From contig JAYKHR010000007.1 in NCBI GenBank assembly GCA_035285125.1, positions 1 through 48,138 on the forward strand: 48,138 nt of DNA. Direction: 5' to 3'. The notes beneath the pieces were generated by a model. The model had not been told where the DNA came from and did no database searches. It saw only the letters and a list, made by a program, of their open reading frames with translations. Below, piece after piece: positions 18,004 through 28,478 of this stretch; position 1 is the stretch's first letter, and each line of letters opens with the position of its first letter. Made by a program: the position numbers and the translations under genes. Source of the stretch: Candidatus Sericytochromatia bacterium. Lineage in GTDB: Bacteria; Cyanobacteriota; Sericytochromatia; S15B-MN24; JAQBPE01.

Positions 18004-18915
18004 TCAGGCGTCGAAGCGCACGAAGTCGCCCGGGCGAAGCTTCGCGTAGATCTCCTCGACGTCCCGGTTGCGCAGGCCCACGCAGCCGTGCGAGGCGTCG
18101 AAGCCGATGGTGTTCTCCGCGTAGGTGCCGTGGAGTTCCTGGCCGTTGCCGTCGGCGTCGATGGTCTTGCCCGTCTTCAGGTCGAAGCGCGTCAGGTCGA
18201 TCAGGCGCGTGCCGAACGCCTTGCCGTTGCTCTCCGGCCACAGCGCAGAGCTGATCGACCGCGGGTCGCTGTTCATCCCCGTGACCACGCGGACGCCCGG
18301 CGTGGTGGGCGTGCCGCGCCCGTCGGCCCAGTTGCCCGTGCCCGTGCGGACGCCATAGATCTTCGTGAGCTTGCCGGAGGCGTCATAGAGGAAGGCGCGG
18401 TGCTGCGAGATGCTGATCACCACGCGGGCCATCTTGCCTGGCGCCACCTGCGGGTTGGGCACCGGCCCCGCGTTCACGCCGGCGCTCCAGGCCTGCTTGC
18501 CGGGCGGCGGCGCGAGGCGGTCGAGGGCCTTCATGGTCTGGGGGCCGAGCACCCCGTCCGCCGTCAGGCCCGCCATCACCTGGAAATTCTTGACGGCGGC
18601 CGTGGTCTGCGGGCCGTAGGTGCCCGTCGGGCCGTCCGCGATCGTGAAGCCCATGTCGATCAGGGCCTGCTGGACCGCCGGCATCCCCGCCGGCGTCGTG
18701 CCGGGACGCAGCACCTGGCCGGCGGCAAGCACGGCGAGCCCGGGCTCGGCGGCGAAGCGGGCGTTGGCGAAGGGCGCCGAGCGCGTGAAGCCGTCGCCCA
18801 GCATCGGCACGCGGGCCGGCGCGGCGGGGGCCCGCGGGGGCTGGGTGCTGTCAAGCAAACGCCACACGGCGCTGCCGAGGCCGAGGGGGCGGCGGGTGGT
18901 GGTGGGCTCGGGCAT
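18004..18915 (-). CDS. L,D-transpeptidase (YkuD family) with peptidoglycan-binding domain
   Basis: VQQAL..GTYGPQTTAAVKNFQ..DGVLGPQT (PG_binding_1); LHGT...SHGCVGL catalytic motif. Confidence 0.92.
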   Translation of the reverse strand: MPEPTTTRRPLGLGSAVWRLLDSTQPPRAPAAPARVPMLGDGFTRSAPFANARFAAEPGLAVLAAGQVLRPGTTPAGMPAVQQALIDMGFTIADGPTGTYGPQTTAAVKNFQVMAGLTADGVLGPQTMKALDRLAPPPGKQAWSAGVNAGPVPNPQVAPGKMARVVISISQHRAFLYDASGKLTKIYGVRTGTGNWADGRGTPTTPGVRVVTGMNSDPRSISSALWPESNGKAFGTRLIDLTRFDLKTGKTIDADGNGQELHGTYAENTIGFDASHGCVGLRNRDVEEIYAKLRPGDFVRFDA

Positions 18916-19010
18916 CGACGGAGACCTCTTTACGCGGTGGTGACACTGCCTATATCCCGTGTACCCTGCCCGGACTTTCGCGCGCTGGACCCCGAAGGGG
19001 CGGGTTGGTC

Positions 19011-19029
19011 GTTAAAATATAGTTAAATC
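19011..19029. promoter_or_regulatory. TTAA-N7-TTAA tandem box (OmpR/PhoB-like spacing)
   Basis: GTTAAAAT-ATA-GTTAAATC, 11-bp period. Confidence 0.45.
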
Positions 19030-19155
19030 AGCAGCAAGGTGCTGGTTGTATGGCGTTGTATCTCTGTTAAATCCCGCACCTGACCCTGCCTGATCGGGCA
19101 TATGAACAGCCTGCGGGCCGGCAATGGGCTGGCTGCATCAGGAAGGGTCAGCGCC

Positions 19156-20895
19156 ATGAACGCACCGGGACGCGGTCGCCAGCTCACCGCCGTCGGCCTG
19201 CTCGCCGCCCTGATCAGCGCGTGCGCGCCCGCGCCCGGCGGGCTGGCCCCGGGCATGCTCACCCGGTCGCGGACGGTGCCGGTGGCAGGAGCGCCGACGG
19301 CGCCAGCTGCGGAGGCCAGCTCCCTCGAGGTCACGCTGGAGCTCACGCCGGACACGCGCCAGCTGCTCTCCACCGCCCCGCAGTGGGCCTCGCTGCGCGC
19401 CGAGATGCGGCCCCTCGACGGGCAGGGCGACGGCGCCTCCATCGTGCAGCGCCTGCGCCGGGGCGACAGGTCCGCGCCCTCGCCGTTCTCGTTCGCCACG
19501 CTGGCGCCCGGGGCGTGGGAGCTGCGGCTGTTCGTGCTCGACGCCGCGGACGAGCCCCTCGGCGCCGTGGTGGAGCGGGTGGTGCTCGCCCCCCGCGAGC
19601 GCAAGCAGGTGGCCCTCCGCATCGTGCTGGTGCCCGTCCGCACCCAAGCCACTCCGTCGCCCATGCCCTCCACCGCCACGCCGACGCTGCCGAGCGCCCT
19701 GCCCACCCCGGCCGAGCCCGTGGCGGCGCCCACGCCCGCGCCGGTGGCCGCGCCGACCGCCACGCCCCTGCCCCAGGCCGCCCCGGCCACCCCGACACCT
19801 GCGCCCTTCCAGCCTCCCACGCCGGCGCCCGTGACGGTTGCGCCGACCCCGGTGCCCACCCCGGCTCCCCCGACGCCCGCGCCGACCCCGGCCCCGGTGG
19901 TGGCGCGCAGCCCCGAGCCGACGCCTGCGCCCACGCCCCTGCCCACGCCGGTGATCGTGCCCGTCACGCCGCAGCCGACCGTGGCCCCCGTGATTGTGCC
20001 CGTCACCCCGCCGCCGGTGGACGCGCCCCCCCCCGCCCCGCTCACGATCCCGCAACTGCTGGTGAACGGGCAGGCGCAGGGCCTTCTCGCCCAGCCTCAG
20101 GCGGCGGCCCTGCTCGGCTACCTGCCCACCTTGCCCACGGCCCGGCGCACGGCGCTGGACGGCTGGCTCGCGGCGGCGGGCTCTGACGTGGAGCGGATCT
20201 TCATCCTCAAGGCCATCAGCGCGGGCGAGCCGGACGACGCCGTGGCCGCCTACGCCGCCGCCATGCGCGGCCAGCCTGAGGCCCGCGTGCTGTCGTGGTC
20301 CACCATGAGCGACCCGATGGACCTCGTGCAGCAGTGGGAAGACGCCTGCGGCCCCGCGCTTCTGATGACGGCCGTGGGCGAGGTGGATCCGCGCTACGCA
20401 TGGGAGCTCAACCGTCAGTACCGCGTGACGGAGATCGACACGAACGGCGTCAACTCGGGGCTGGCGGACGCCCAGCGGGTCTGGCTCGAGGGGTACGGCG
20501 GCATCGCCGTGCCGCGGGGCTCGAGCGGCGGCGCCGGCATCGGCATCTCGCGGATGCTCAACGAGCTGCTCGGCCCGATCACCAAGGCGAGCTACACCGT
20601 GGTGACCGTCAGTGACACGGCGGGCGCTCTCGCGCAGATCGCCAGCGTCCTCCAGAGCGGCTACGACGTGCCCCTGCGGCTCGCCTGGGACGCCTCCGAC
20701 ACCCGCGCCCACTTCCTGCTCGCCATCGCCGCCGACGGCCAGCCGGGCAACATGCGGCTGCAGGTGCACGACACCTACACGGGCAAGACGGCCTGGGTGA
20801 CAGAAGCCGCGATCCTGGGCAATGGCTTCGCCCCGATCTTCAACGTCTACGCCCGCCTCACGCACTGGTACCTGCCGACGCCCGTCACGCCGTGA
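19156..20895 (+). CDS. Lipoprotein with Pro/Thr-rich stalk and putative C39/papain-like peptidase domain
   Basis: Lipobox ISAC, PT/PA linker, [10 protein letters not shown]...AHFLL...VHDT candidate Cys-His-Asp triad. Confidence 0.75.
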   Translation: MNAPGRGRQLTAVGLLAALISACAPAPGGLAPGMLTRSRTVPVAGAPTAPAAEASSLEVTLELTPDTRQLLSTAPQWASLRAEMRPLDGQGDGASIVQRLRRGDRSAPSPFSFATLAPGAWELRLFVLDAADEPLGAVVERVVLAPRERKQVALRIVLVPVRTQATPSPMPSTATPTLPSALPTPAEPVAAPTPAPVAAPTATPLPQAAPATPTPAPFQPPTPAPVTVAPTPVPTPAPPTPAPTPAPVVARSPEPTPAPTPLPTPVIVPVTPQPTVAPVIVPVTPPPVDAPPPAPLTIPQLLVNGQAQGLLAQPQAAALLGYLPTLPTARRTALDGWLAAAGSDVERIFILKAISAGEPDDAVAAYAAAMRGQPEARVLSWSTMSDPMDLVQQWEDACGPALLMTAVGEVDPRYAWELNRQYRVTEIDTNGVNSGLADAQRVWLEGYGGIAVPRGSSGGAGIGISRMLNELLGPITKASYTVVTVSDTAGALAQIASVLQSGYDVPLRLAWDASDTRAHFLLAIAADGQPGNMRLQVHDTYTGKTAWVTEAAILGNGFAPIFNVYARLTHWYLPTPVTP

Positions 20896-21018
20896 GGTCA
20901 AAATAATTGTAAACAAAGATGAAGGCATGTTGACCCCGCCGGCCTTCAAGTTATATATTCAATATCAATAAATTATGGTTTGGTTAATAAACCTGTGCAG
21001 CCTCAGGGGTATCTCGGT

Positions 21019-21423
21019 ATGAACGTCTCCCACCTCCGTGACATGGGGGCCAGCTTCCTGGCCCAGCTCGGCGTCCCGGCCGCTGCTGCGGCGGCCGCCG
21101 CGACCGTCACGGCCCCCACGCCCACCATGGCCGCCGAGCGATGGGGCACGGTGGTCGCCGTGACCCCGTCCCTGGTCGGGGATCGCTTCACGCTCGGCCG
21201 GCTCCGGTTCCGCACCGACGACGGCACCGAGCGGACCTTCTCCGTCGAGCGCGGCCACACCCTCATCTCCTTCAACTGGCTCGATGATCGCGGCAGCTGG
21301 CAGCGCCGGCGCGCCCTGCTGACGGAGGTGCGCGCCGGGATGCGCGCCGAGGTCTGGGGCGAGGCCGGCGTCGCGGAGGCCGTCCTCGTCGAGGGGCGCC
21401 CCCGGCCTCATCAAGGGGCCTGA
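21019..21423 (+). CDS. Hypothetical protein
   Basis: ORF with high-GC3 codons following an AT-rich promoter region. Confidence 0.6.
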   Translation: MNVSHLRDMGASFLAQLGVPAAAAAAAATVTAPTPTMAAERWGTVVAVTPSLVGDRFTLGRLRFRTDDGTERTFSVERGHTLISFNWLDDRGSWQRRRALLTEVRAGMRAEVWGEAGVAEAVLVEGRPRPHQGA

Positions 21424-22001
21424 GCCGCCGCCTGCAGGGGGCGCAGCACCCGGGCGGGCACCCCGCCCGCCAGCACGCCGGGCGGCACGTCCCGCGTCAC
21501 GACTGCGCCCGCGGCCACCACGGAGCCGCGCCCGATCGTCACGCCCCTCAGCACGATGACGCCCGTGCCCAGCCACACGTCGTCCTCTAACATGATGGGG
21601 GCCCTGCGGGGCGCGGCGTCCCGCGCGTCGGTGCCGTGGAAGTCGTTGTCGAGCAGGGTGCAGCGGGGGGCCACGTTGACGCGGTGCCCGAGGGTGATGC
21701 CGCACGACGCCGACAGCACGGCCCCGTGGTTCACGAAGACGTCGTCCCCGATCGCGAGGGTGGCGCCCGGCCCCGCGTAGAGCTCCACGCGCCCCAGGTG
21801 GGACCACACGCAGAACCGGCTCCCGATGACGATCCGGCCGCCCTCGTTCTCCACCACCGGCCACCCGCGCACGCGGGCCCCCGGGCCGACGCTGTCGCAG
21901 GCCGCCAGCGCCCACGGCGCCCAGGCCCGCCCGAGCACGTGGCGCCAGGCGCGGCGCCACCACAGCCGGGAGCCAGGCTGCCAGGAACCTCGCGTCGCCA
22001 T
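21411..22001 (-). CDS. Hexapeptide-repeat O-acyltransferase
   Basis: IGDDVFVN, LEDDVWLG, GVTIGRGSVVAAGAVVTRDVP..GGVPAR; TGATG coupling to the upstream GT2. Confidence 0.9.
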   Translation of the reverse strand: MATRGSWQPGSRLWWRRAWRHVLGRAWAPWALAACDSVGPGARVRGWPVVENEGGRIVIGSRFCVWSHLGRVELYAGPGATLAIGDDVFVNHGAVLSASCGITLGHRVNVAPRCTLLDNDFHGTDARDAAPRRAPIMLEDDVWLGTGVIVLRGVTIGRGSVVAAGAVVTRDVPPGVLAGGVPARVLRPLQAAAQAP

Positions 22002-23224
22002 CAGGGCCTCCTCGCGGGGGCCTCGCCGGGCCCGTGGGGGGTCGGCAGCCAGGCCACCTGCCTGCCGCGAGCGGCCAGCCAGCTGGCCCGCGCCATCTGC
22101 CAGGCGAAGCGGGGGCCGTGGCGCAGCAGGCTGGCCCAGGGCCGCGTGTCCGTGAGCGTGCCGCCATCGAGCCACACGCCCGCGACCACGTAGGCGGCGA
22201 GGCTGAGCCCGAGCCCACCCCACCAGCCGGCCGGCCACCAGCCCGGCAGACCTGGCAGGAGCAGCGCGACGGCCGCGCAGGTCGCGACGGCCGCTGCCAG
22301 CACGCTGCGGGGCAGCGCCGTCAGCCCCAGCGCGGCGTCGAGCGCCAGCCAGGAGCCGCGGCGGGCGAACCGGGCGAGCAAGGGGCCGACGTAGCGCCGG
22401 GCCACCTGCGCCCGGCCCGTCAGCCAGCGGTTCCGCTGCGTGGCCATCGAGGCGGCCGTCCGCGTCTTCTCGTCCTCGACGACGGCGTCGGCCGTCCAGT
22501 GCACGGCGACGTCCCGCAACGCGAGCTCTGCTTGCCAGGCGCAGTCCTCGACCACGGTGGCGGCCACGGCCGTGACCAGGCGATCGAAGGTGTGGGCCTC
22601 GAAGGCCATCCCGCTGCCCATCAGCGGGCCGCCCAGGCCCAGCCTGGCCCGGCCAGCCGCCCCGATGCGGTGGGTGCAGGCCTCCGTCAGGGCATCAAGT
22701 CCGGCCGTGCCCCCGCCGCCGGAGCGGGCCCGCCGCAGGCCCTGGATGGCCCGGTGGCCGGCCGCGAGGGCATCCGAGAGCGCCGCGAGCAGGCCGGGGT
22801 CTGCATGGTTGTCGGCGTCCAGGATGACGACGCCGGCATGCCCCAGCGGCCGGACGGCCGCCCAGAGGTCCCGGAGGGCGGCTCCCTTGGTGCGCGTGCC
22901 TTCGCCCTGGCGCTCCAGCACCGTCGCGCCGGTGCGACGCGCCACGGCCGCCGTGTCGTCCGTGCAGTGGTCAGCCACGACGAAGACGTCGAACGCCGCG
23001 GCCGGGTGGGTCTGCCGCGCCAGCGAGGCCAGCGCCCCCCCGAGCACGCGGGCCTCGTTGTGCGCCGCGATCAGCACGGCAAGGCGCAGCGGGGGCGCGA
23101 CGGGGACGGGGGCCGGCGGCCACCGGCGCGCGAGCAGGGCGCCCCCGAGCGGCAGCACGAGGTGCAGGGCCTGCAGCGACACCACGGCCTGTAGGAGGGC
23201 CACGGCCAGGTACCAGGTGAGCAT
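22001..23224 (-). CDS. Glycosyltransferase family 2, membrane-associated
   Basis: IAAHNE, ADHCTD, LDAD, VED, QRNRW and C-terminal TM helices. Confidence 0.9.
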   Translation of the reverse strand: MLTWYLAVALLQAVVSLQALHLVLPLGGALLARRWPPAPVPVAPPLRLAVLIAAHNEARVLGGALASLARQTHPAAAFDVFVVADHCTDDTAAVARRTGATVLERQGEGTRTKGAALRDLWAAVRPLGHAGVVILDADNHADPGLLAALSDALAAGHRAIQGLRRARSGGGGTAGLDALTEACTHRIGAAGRARLGLGGPLMGSGMAFEAHTFDRLVTAVAATVVEDCAWQAELALRDVAVHWTADAVVEDEKTRTAASMATQRNRWLTGRAQVARRYVGPLLARFARRGSWLALDAALGLTALPRSVLAAAVATCAAVALLLPGLPGWWPAGWWGGLGLSLAAYVVAGVWLDGGTLTDTRPWASLLRHGPRFAWQMARASWLAARGRQVAWLPTPHGPGEAPARRP

Positions 23225-23234
23225 CTCAACCCCC

Positions 23235-24101
23235 TCAGCGCAGCGTCACGGGACGGCCGCGCAGGCGCCCCAGCGTTCGCCAGAAGGCCACCCCCACGTG
23301 GGCCTGGGCGTGGTACAGCCAGCGCGAGGCGGGGGGGTGGTGCTTGGCGACGAACCGGGCCCGGCTGGCGCGCTCCTGGCGGCGCATCTCCGTCACGGCC
23401 TGGCGCGACGAGCCGCCGCCGAGGTGGGTGATGGTGCCGTGCGGGACGAACCACACCGGCCACCCCGCCCGCTGCAGGCGCAGCTGCCAGTCCACCTCCT
23501 CGCCGTACATGAAGAAGCCCTCGTCGAGCAGGCCGACCTCGCGCAACGCGGCGCGCCGCACCATCAGCGCGGCGCCGCAGACCCAGCCCACGGGCCGTGC
23601 GACGCTGTGGTCGAACAGCCGCAGCCAGGGCGTGCGCGCGTGCCGCCAGGGCCACAGCGCGGCGACCAGCTGGTTCTCGACGAGCGCCCCGAGCGGCGAG
23701 TAGAAGGCGTGGGCCGACGGCTGCAGCGTGCCATCGGCGTTGAGCAGCCGGCAGCCCGCGGCCCCGACGCCGGGACGCGCGTGGAGGAACGCCACCATCG
23801 CGTCGATCGCCCCCGGGTGCACGACGGTGTCCGAGTTCAGCAGCAGCACGTAGGTGCCCTGCGCCAGCCGCAGCGCCTGGTTGTTCGCGGCCGCGAAGCC
23901 CCGGTTGTCGGCGTTGGCGATCAGGTGCACGCCGGGGAAGCCTTCCCGCACCAAGGCGGCCGAGCCGTCGCCCGAGCCGTTGTCCACGACCCACACCTCG
24001 TGCGAGACGCGGGTGGCCGCGGCCACGCTCTCCAGGCACGCGCGCAGCAGCTCGCGGGTGTTCCAGTTCACGATCACGATCGACACGACGGGCGGGGCCA
24101 T
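23235..24101 (-). CDS. Glycosyltransferase family 2 (WbbL-like)
   Basis: SIVIVNWN, VDNGSGDG, LLNSDT, FFMYGEEVD; AGGAGG RBS. Confidence 0.92.
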   Translation of the reverse strand: MAPPVVSIVIVNWNTRELLRACLESVAAATRVSHEVWVVDNGSGDGSAALVREGFPGVHLIANADNRGFAAANNQALRLAQGTYVLLLNSDTVVHPGAIDAMVAFLHARPGVGAAGCRLLNADGTLQPSAHAFYSPLGALVENQLVAALWPWRHARTPWLRLFDHSVARPVGWVCGAALMVRRAALREVGLLDEGFFMYGEEVDWQLRLQRAGWPVWFVPHGTITHLGGGSSRQAVTEMRRQERASRARFVAKHHPPASRWLYHAQAHVGVAFWRTLGRLRGRPVTLR

Positions 24102-24307
24102 CGGGTTTCCTCCTGCTTGGGGTTCGCCCCACCCTAAGGCCTCCGCCCCGGTCCGGCGTCGTGCAGGGCGGCCGAAGCTGGTCGGCCGGCGCCCCCTGTT
24201 CAGGAGCCCACGGCCGGAGGTCGTCGAGCGGAGGCTGGACAGGGGCGCGGCCGGCGCGCGACCATGGGCCGGCCCCACGTGGCCCGCCTGCCACCGGAGG
24301 AAGCCCC

Positions 24308-27274
24308 TTGGCCCCGCTCGACCCCAAGCTCACGTCCCTGCTGCAGCAACACTGGGGCTTCACCGAGCTGCGCCCGCTGCAGGGCGAGGCCGTGGCGGGC
24401 GCCCTGGCGGGCCGCGACGGCCTCGTGATCCTGCCGACGGGCGGGGGCAAGTCGCTGTGCTACCAGCTGCCGGCGATCGCCCAGCCGGGCCTGACGGTCG
24501 TGGTCTCGCCGCTGCTCGCGCTCATCCAGGACCAGGTGGACGGGCTGACGGCGATGGGCATCGAGGCAGCCTCCCTCACGAGCGTGCAGGACGCCGAGGC
24601 CCGGGCCGCCATCCGGGCGCGCGTCCGCGCTGGCGAGCTCAAGCTGCTCTACGTGGCGCCCGAGGGCCTCGTGGGGGCCGAGGGCGAGATGCCCGGCGCG
24701 CTGCGCGAGCTGCTCGAGGGCACGCCGCTCGCCGCCTTCGCGATCGACGAGGCCCACTGCATCAGCCAGTGGGGGCACGAGTACCGCCCCGCCTACAGGC
24801 GGCTGGCCATGCTGCGGGCCCACTTCCCCGGCGTCCCGATCCGCGCCTTCACGGCCACGGCCACCGAGGCCGTGCGGCGCGACATCCTCGAGACGTTGGG
24901 GCTGCGCACGCCGCAGGTGCTCGTGGGCGACTTCGACCGGCCGAACCTCACCTACCGGGCCGTGCCGCGCACGGGCAGCGGGCTCGACCAGGTCCTGGCC
25001 GTGATTGCGGCGTACCCCGGCGAGGCCGGCGTGGTCTACTGCAACTCGCGCAAGGAGGTCGACGACGTCGCGAAGGCCCTGCAGCGCCGGGCGGTGCGCG
25101 CCTTGCCTTACCACGCGGGCCTCGACGCCGGGACCCGGCAGAAGAACCAGGCCAGGTTCCTCAACGAGGCCGTGGACGTCATGGTCGCGACGGTCGCCTT
25201 CGGCATGGGCATCGACCGCTCCAACGTGCGCTTCGTGGTGCACACGGGCCTCCCCAAGGCGCTCGAGGCCTACCAGCAGGAGGCGGGCCGTGCGGGCCGC
25301 GACGGCCTGCCCGCCGCCTGCGTGCTGCTGCACGGGGCCGCTGACGGCGTGCAGTGGCGCCGGCGCATGGGCGGCGACCTGCACGGTGAGGCGCTGGAGG
25401 CGGCCCTCGCGCGGCTTGGGGCGATGGAGCGCTACGCCACCACCGTCGCCTGCCGCCACCGGCTGCTGGTGGGCTACTTCGGGCAGCCGTACGCGCCTGA
25501 CTCGTGCGAGGCCTGCGACGTCTGCCTCGGCGAGCAGCGCACGCTGGATGAGGCGGCGCCCCTGGTGCGCGCGCTGCTCGCGGGGGTGGCGGCGACGGGC
25601 CAGCGCTTCGGCGGCGGCCACGTCGCGGACGTGCTGCGCGGGGCGCGCACCCAGAAGATCGTGGAGCTTCGCCACGACGCGCTCGAGGCCCACGGGGCGC
25701 TGGCCCGCCATGCCGCCCGCGACCTCAAGGTGTGGCTCGGGCAGCTGGCCGAGCAGGGGCTGCTCGAGCGGCGGGGTGAGTGGGGCGTGCTGGGGCTGAC
25801 GCCGGCGGGTCTTGCGGCCCTCGAGGGCGAGGGGCTCGAGGCCGTGCGGCTGACGGCCCCGACGGGGGCCGGGGACGGGCGCAAGGCGCGCGACGGGGCG
25901 GCTGCCGCCCGCAGCCCGGGCGAGCAGGCCGTCTTCGAAGCGCTGCGTGGCTGGCGGCGGGAGCTTGCCGCCGAGTGGGATGTGGCCCCCTACGTCGTGC
26001 TGCCGGACACGGCCCTGTGGGAGCTGGCAGCCGTTCGTCCGGGCACCCTGGGGGGCCTGCGGCGCGTGAAGGGCATCGGCGATCGCCGGGCAGAGCGCTT
26101 TGGCGCCTCCCTGCTCGAGGCCCTTGCGGCGGCCTGCGGGGCGGCGGGCCTGCCCCTCGTGGCGGACGACGCCCTGCCCCCGGCGGGCCGAGGCGGTGAC
26201 GACGCGGCCGTCTTCGCGCACCTGAAGGCGTGGCGCCTGGGGCTCGCCCGCGAGCGGCGCGTGGCACCCTTCATGGTGTTTGCGGATGCCGTGCTCAAGG
26301 AGGTCGCCCGCCTGCGTCCCACCTCGCTGGGGGCCCTCGGCGAGGTGAAGGGGATCGGGGCCCGCAAGCTGGAGGAGTTCGGCGACTCGCTGCTGGCGGC
26401 GCTCGCGGAGGCCGCCGGCGAGGCCGTCGAGCCCGAGCCCCGCCCCACCCCGGCCCGCCCGGCCGTGTCCCTGCCGCAGCCGGAACCGCTGTCTGCTGCT
26501 GCGCCGCCCCCCGGCCCCGGCAAGCCGACCGTGCGGACGCCTCCGCCTGGCCTCAGCGACGCGCCTGAGGGCCTCTCGCGCACCGTGCAGGACACGCTCG
26601 ACCTCGTGCGGGAGGGGCGCACGCCGGCTGAGATCGCCCTGCTCCGGGGCCTCAAGGAGGGCACGATCTACACCCACCTGCGGACGTGCATCGACGCCGG
26701 GTGCCTCGGCCCTGACGACTTCCTGCCCGCCGCACCGCGCGCCGCCCTCGCCCAGGCGGCCGGGTTGCTTGGCCCGGAGGTCGCCTGGGGGCCGCTGCGG
26801 GCGCTGCTGCCCGTCGAGCTGCCGGATGGCGCCGTGACGTGCTGGCTGGCCGCCGTGGCGCAGGCCGGCCTCGCCCCGCCCTGCCCAGATGAGGCCCTCG
26901 CCGCTCGCTGCCAGGCCCTGGTGCGGGCCCTCGAGGTCCCGCCGGCGGGGCTGGCCCGGCGCCTCGCCCTGACGCTGGCCGAGCCGGCGGAGCCCCTGCG
27001 GGCCCTGGCCGCCTTCGGGCTCGGCAGGCTCGGGGGCGAGCAGGCCGGCGAGGCCGTGCAGCAGGCGTTGGCCGGGGGACAGGAGGCCTCGCCCGTCGTC
27101 GGGGCCGCCCTGCTGCGGGCGCTCGGGGACCTGGGCCGGGGGCAGGCCCGCGACCTGGTGCAGGCCCTCGCCTCCGACGAGGCGGTCCCCGCCGCCTGGC
27201 GGGCCCTTGCCCGGGGGGTGCTCCGGCGCCTGGAGGCCGCGGCGGCCGAGCCTGCGGAGGCCTCGGCCTTCTAG
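24308..27274 (+). CDS. recQ: ATP-dependent DNA helicase RecQ with two HRDC domains, HTH and HEAT-like tail
   Basis: PTGGGKSLCYQ, DEAHCISQWGH, QEAGRAGRDG, Zn-binding CRH..CEACDVC, RQC; GGAGG RBS with TTG. Confidence 0.95.
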   Translation: MAPLDPKLTSLLQQHWGFTELRPLQGEAVAGALAGRDGLVILPTGGGKSLCYQLPAIAQPGLTVVVSPLLALIQDQVDGLTAMGIEAASLTSVQDAEARAAIRARVRAGELKLLYVAPEGLVGAEGEMPGALRELLEGTPLAAFAIDEAHCISQWGHEYRPAYRRLAMLRAHFPGVPIRAFTATATEAVRRDILETLGLRTPQVLVGDFDRPNLTYRAVPRTGSGLDQVLAVIAAYPGEAGVVYCNSRKEVDDVAKALQRRAVRALPYHAGLDAGTRQKNQARFLNEAVDVMVATVAFGMGIDRSNVRFVVHTGLPKALEAYQQEAGRAGRDGLPAACVLLHGAADGVQWRRRMGGDLHGEALEAALARLGAMERYATTVACRHRLLVGYFGQPYAPDSCEACDVCLGEQRTLDEAAPLVRALLAGVAATGQRFGGGHVADVLRGARTQKIVELRHDALEAHGALARHAARDLKVWLGQLAEQGLLERRGEWGVLGLTPAGLAALEGEGLEAVRLTAPTGAGDGRKARDGAAAARSPGEQAVFEALRGWRRELAAEWDVAPYVVLPDTALWELAAVRPGTLGGLRRVKGIGDRRAERFGASLLEALAAACGAAGLPLVADDALPPAGRGGDDAAVFAHLKAWRLGLARERRVAPFMVFADAVLKEVARLRPTSLGALGEVKGIGARKLEEFGDSLLAALAEAAGEAVEPEPRPTPARPAVSLPQPEPLSAAAPPPGPGKPTVRTPPPGLSDAPEGLSRTVQDTLDLVREGRTPAEIALLRGLKEGTIYTHLRTCIDAGCLGPDDFLPAAPRAALAQAAGLLGPEVAWGPLRALLPVELPDGAVTCWLAAVAQAGLAPPCPDEALAARCQALVRALEVPPAGLARRLALTLAEPAEPLRALAAFGLGRLGGEQAGEAVQQALAGGQEASPVVGAALLRALGDLGRGQARDLVQALASDEAVPAAWRALARGVLRRLEAAAAEPAEASAF

Positions 27275-27350
27275 CCCGACGAGCCTCGGCCTTCTAGCCC
27301 GACGAACCCTCGGTCCTCCAGCCCGCGGAGGCCCCGGACCGCTAGCCCGA
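27260..27350. repeat. 23-bp tandem repeat (two exact and two degenerate units)
   Basis: GCCTCGGCCTTCTAGCCCGACGA at 27260 and 27283, then degenerate copies. Confidence 0.85.
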
Positions 27351-28478
27351 GGCCCGCGTCGCGAGGTAGTCCCCGATCACCGCCGCGCCCACCTCCCACG
27401 AGTGGCGGGCCACCACCCGCGCGCGGGCCCGCTGCCCCAGCGCCCGCGCGGCGGCGGGCTCCGCGAACAGCTCGGCGATGGCGTCCCGCAGCGCCCGTGG
27501 GTCGTCCGGCGGCACGACGCGGCCGCACCCCTCGAGCACCTCGGGGATGTCGGACAGCGCCGTCGCGATCACCGGCACGGCCATCGCCATCGCCTCGAAG
27601 AGCTTCATCGGCATCTGCCCGACGGCCACGGGGGAGCGGCGTTGCGGCAGCACCACGAGGTCTGCCATGGCCAGGTACGCCGGCGTGCGCGTGGGGGGCT
27701 GGGTGCCGACGAGCACCACCCGTGGGTCGCTCGAAGCGATCGCCCGCGCGTAGGGCGTGGCGGGCCCGACGATCACGAGCCGCCAGGCGGGGGCACCCGG
27801 CCCGAGGCCGCGGAGGGCCTCCAGGATGGCGGCCACGCCCTTCCCGGGGTGCGCGATGCCGGCGAACACGACGACGCGTTGGCCCTCGAGCCCGAGGGCC
27901 CGGCGGCTGGCCTCGCCATCGTGCCGGGCGGGGTCGTACAGCGCCGTGTCCACGTAGTGAGGGGCGAGCAGGCCGCCGTAGCGGCGCTGGAAGAAGCGGC
28001 TGACGGCCGTGACGCCGTCCGCCTTCCCGATGCGCCGATCGAGCGCCCAGGTGGCCAGGTGGTTGTTGGGGTCGTCGAGGCGGCGGAGCGCGTAGGCCAT
28101 GTTCTTCAGCGTGAAGCGGCTCCAGGGGTGGATCATGAAGATCTCCCAGTCGTCGACGTCGACCACGACGGGGCAGCCGGTGGCTGCGCGGTGCGCCAGC
28201 GCCACGCCGTACGAGGTGGGGCGGGGCTTCATGGCGTACACGAGGTCGCCCGAGATGGCCTCCCGCAGCCGCCGCGCGGACGCCGCGAAGGCGCGCCCGC
28301 GGCCCACGGGGATGGCGCGGTAGGGGAAGTCGCGCGGCGCGGCGGCGTCGATGGCCCGGGCCTCGGAGACGAAGCCGAGCACCTCCACCTCGAAGCGGCG
28401 CTGCAGCAACCGCGCGAGCGCCCGCACGCGGTAGAGCGGGGCGGTGGCCTCGTCCGAGGCGAGCAGGGTGATCTTCAT
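27342..28478 (-). CDS. Glycosyltransferase family 4
   Basis: GT-B fold: HPGKG, ADLVVLP, PMKLFEAMAMAVPVIAT. Confidence 0.92.
   Translation of the reverse strand: MKITLLASDEATAPLYRVRALARLLQRRFEVEVLGFVSEARAIDAAAPRDFPYRAIPVGRGRAFAASARRLREAISGDLVYAMKPRPTSYGVALAHRAATGCPVVVDVDDWEIFMIHPWSRFTLKNMAYALRRLDDPNNHLATWALDRRIGKADGVTAVSRFFQRRYGGLLAPHYVDTALYDPARHDGEASRRALGLEGQRVVVFAGIAHPGKGVAAILEALRGLGPGAPAWRLVIVGPATPYARAIASSDPRVVLVGTQPPTRTPAYLAMADLVVLPQRRSPVAVGQMPMKLFEAMAMAVPVIATALSDIPEVLEGCGRVVPPDDPRALRDAIAELFAEPAAARALGQRARARVVARHSWEVGAAVIGDYLATRASG

Noticed and set aside
27260..27350. Possible CRISPR array
   Set aside because: Units are contiguous with no spacers and no cas genes are present
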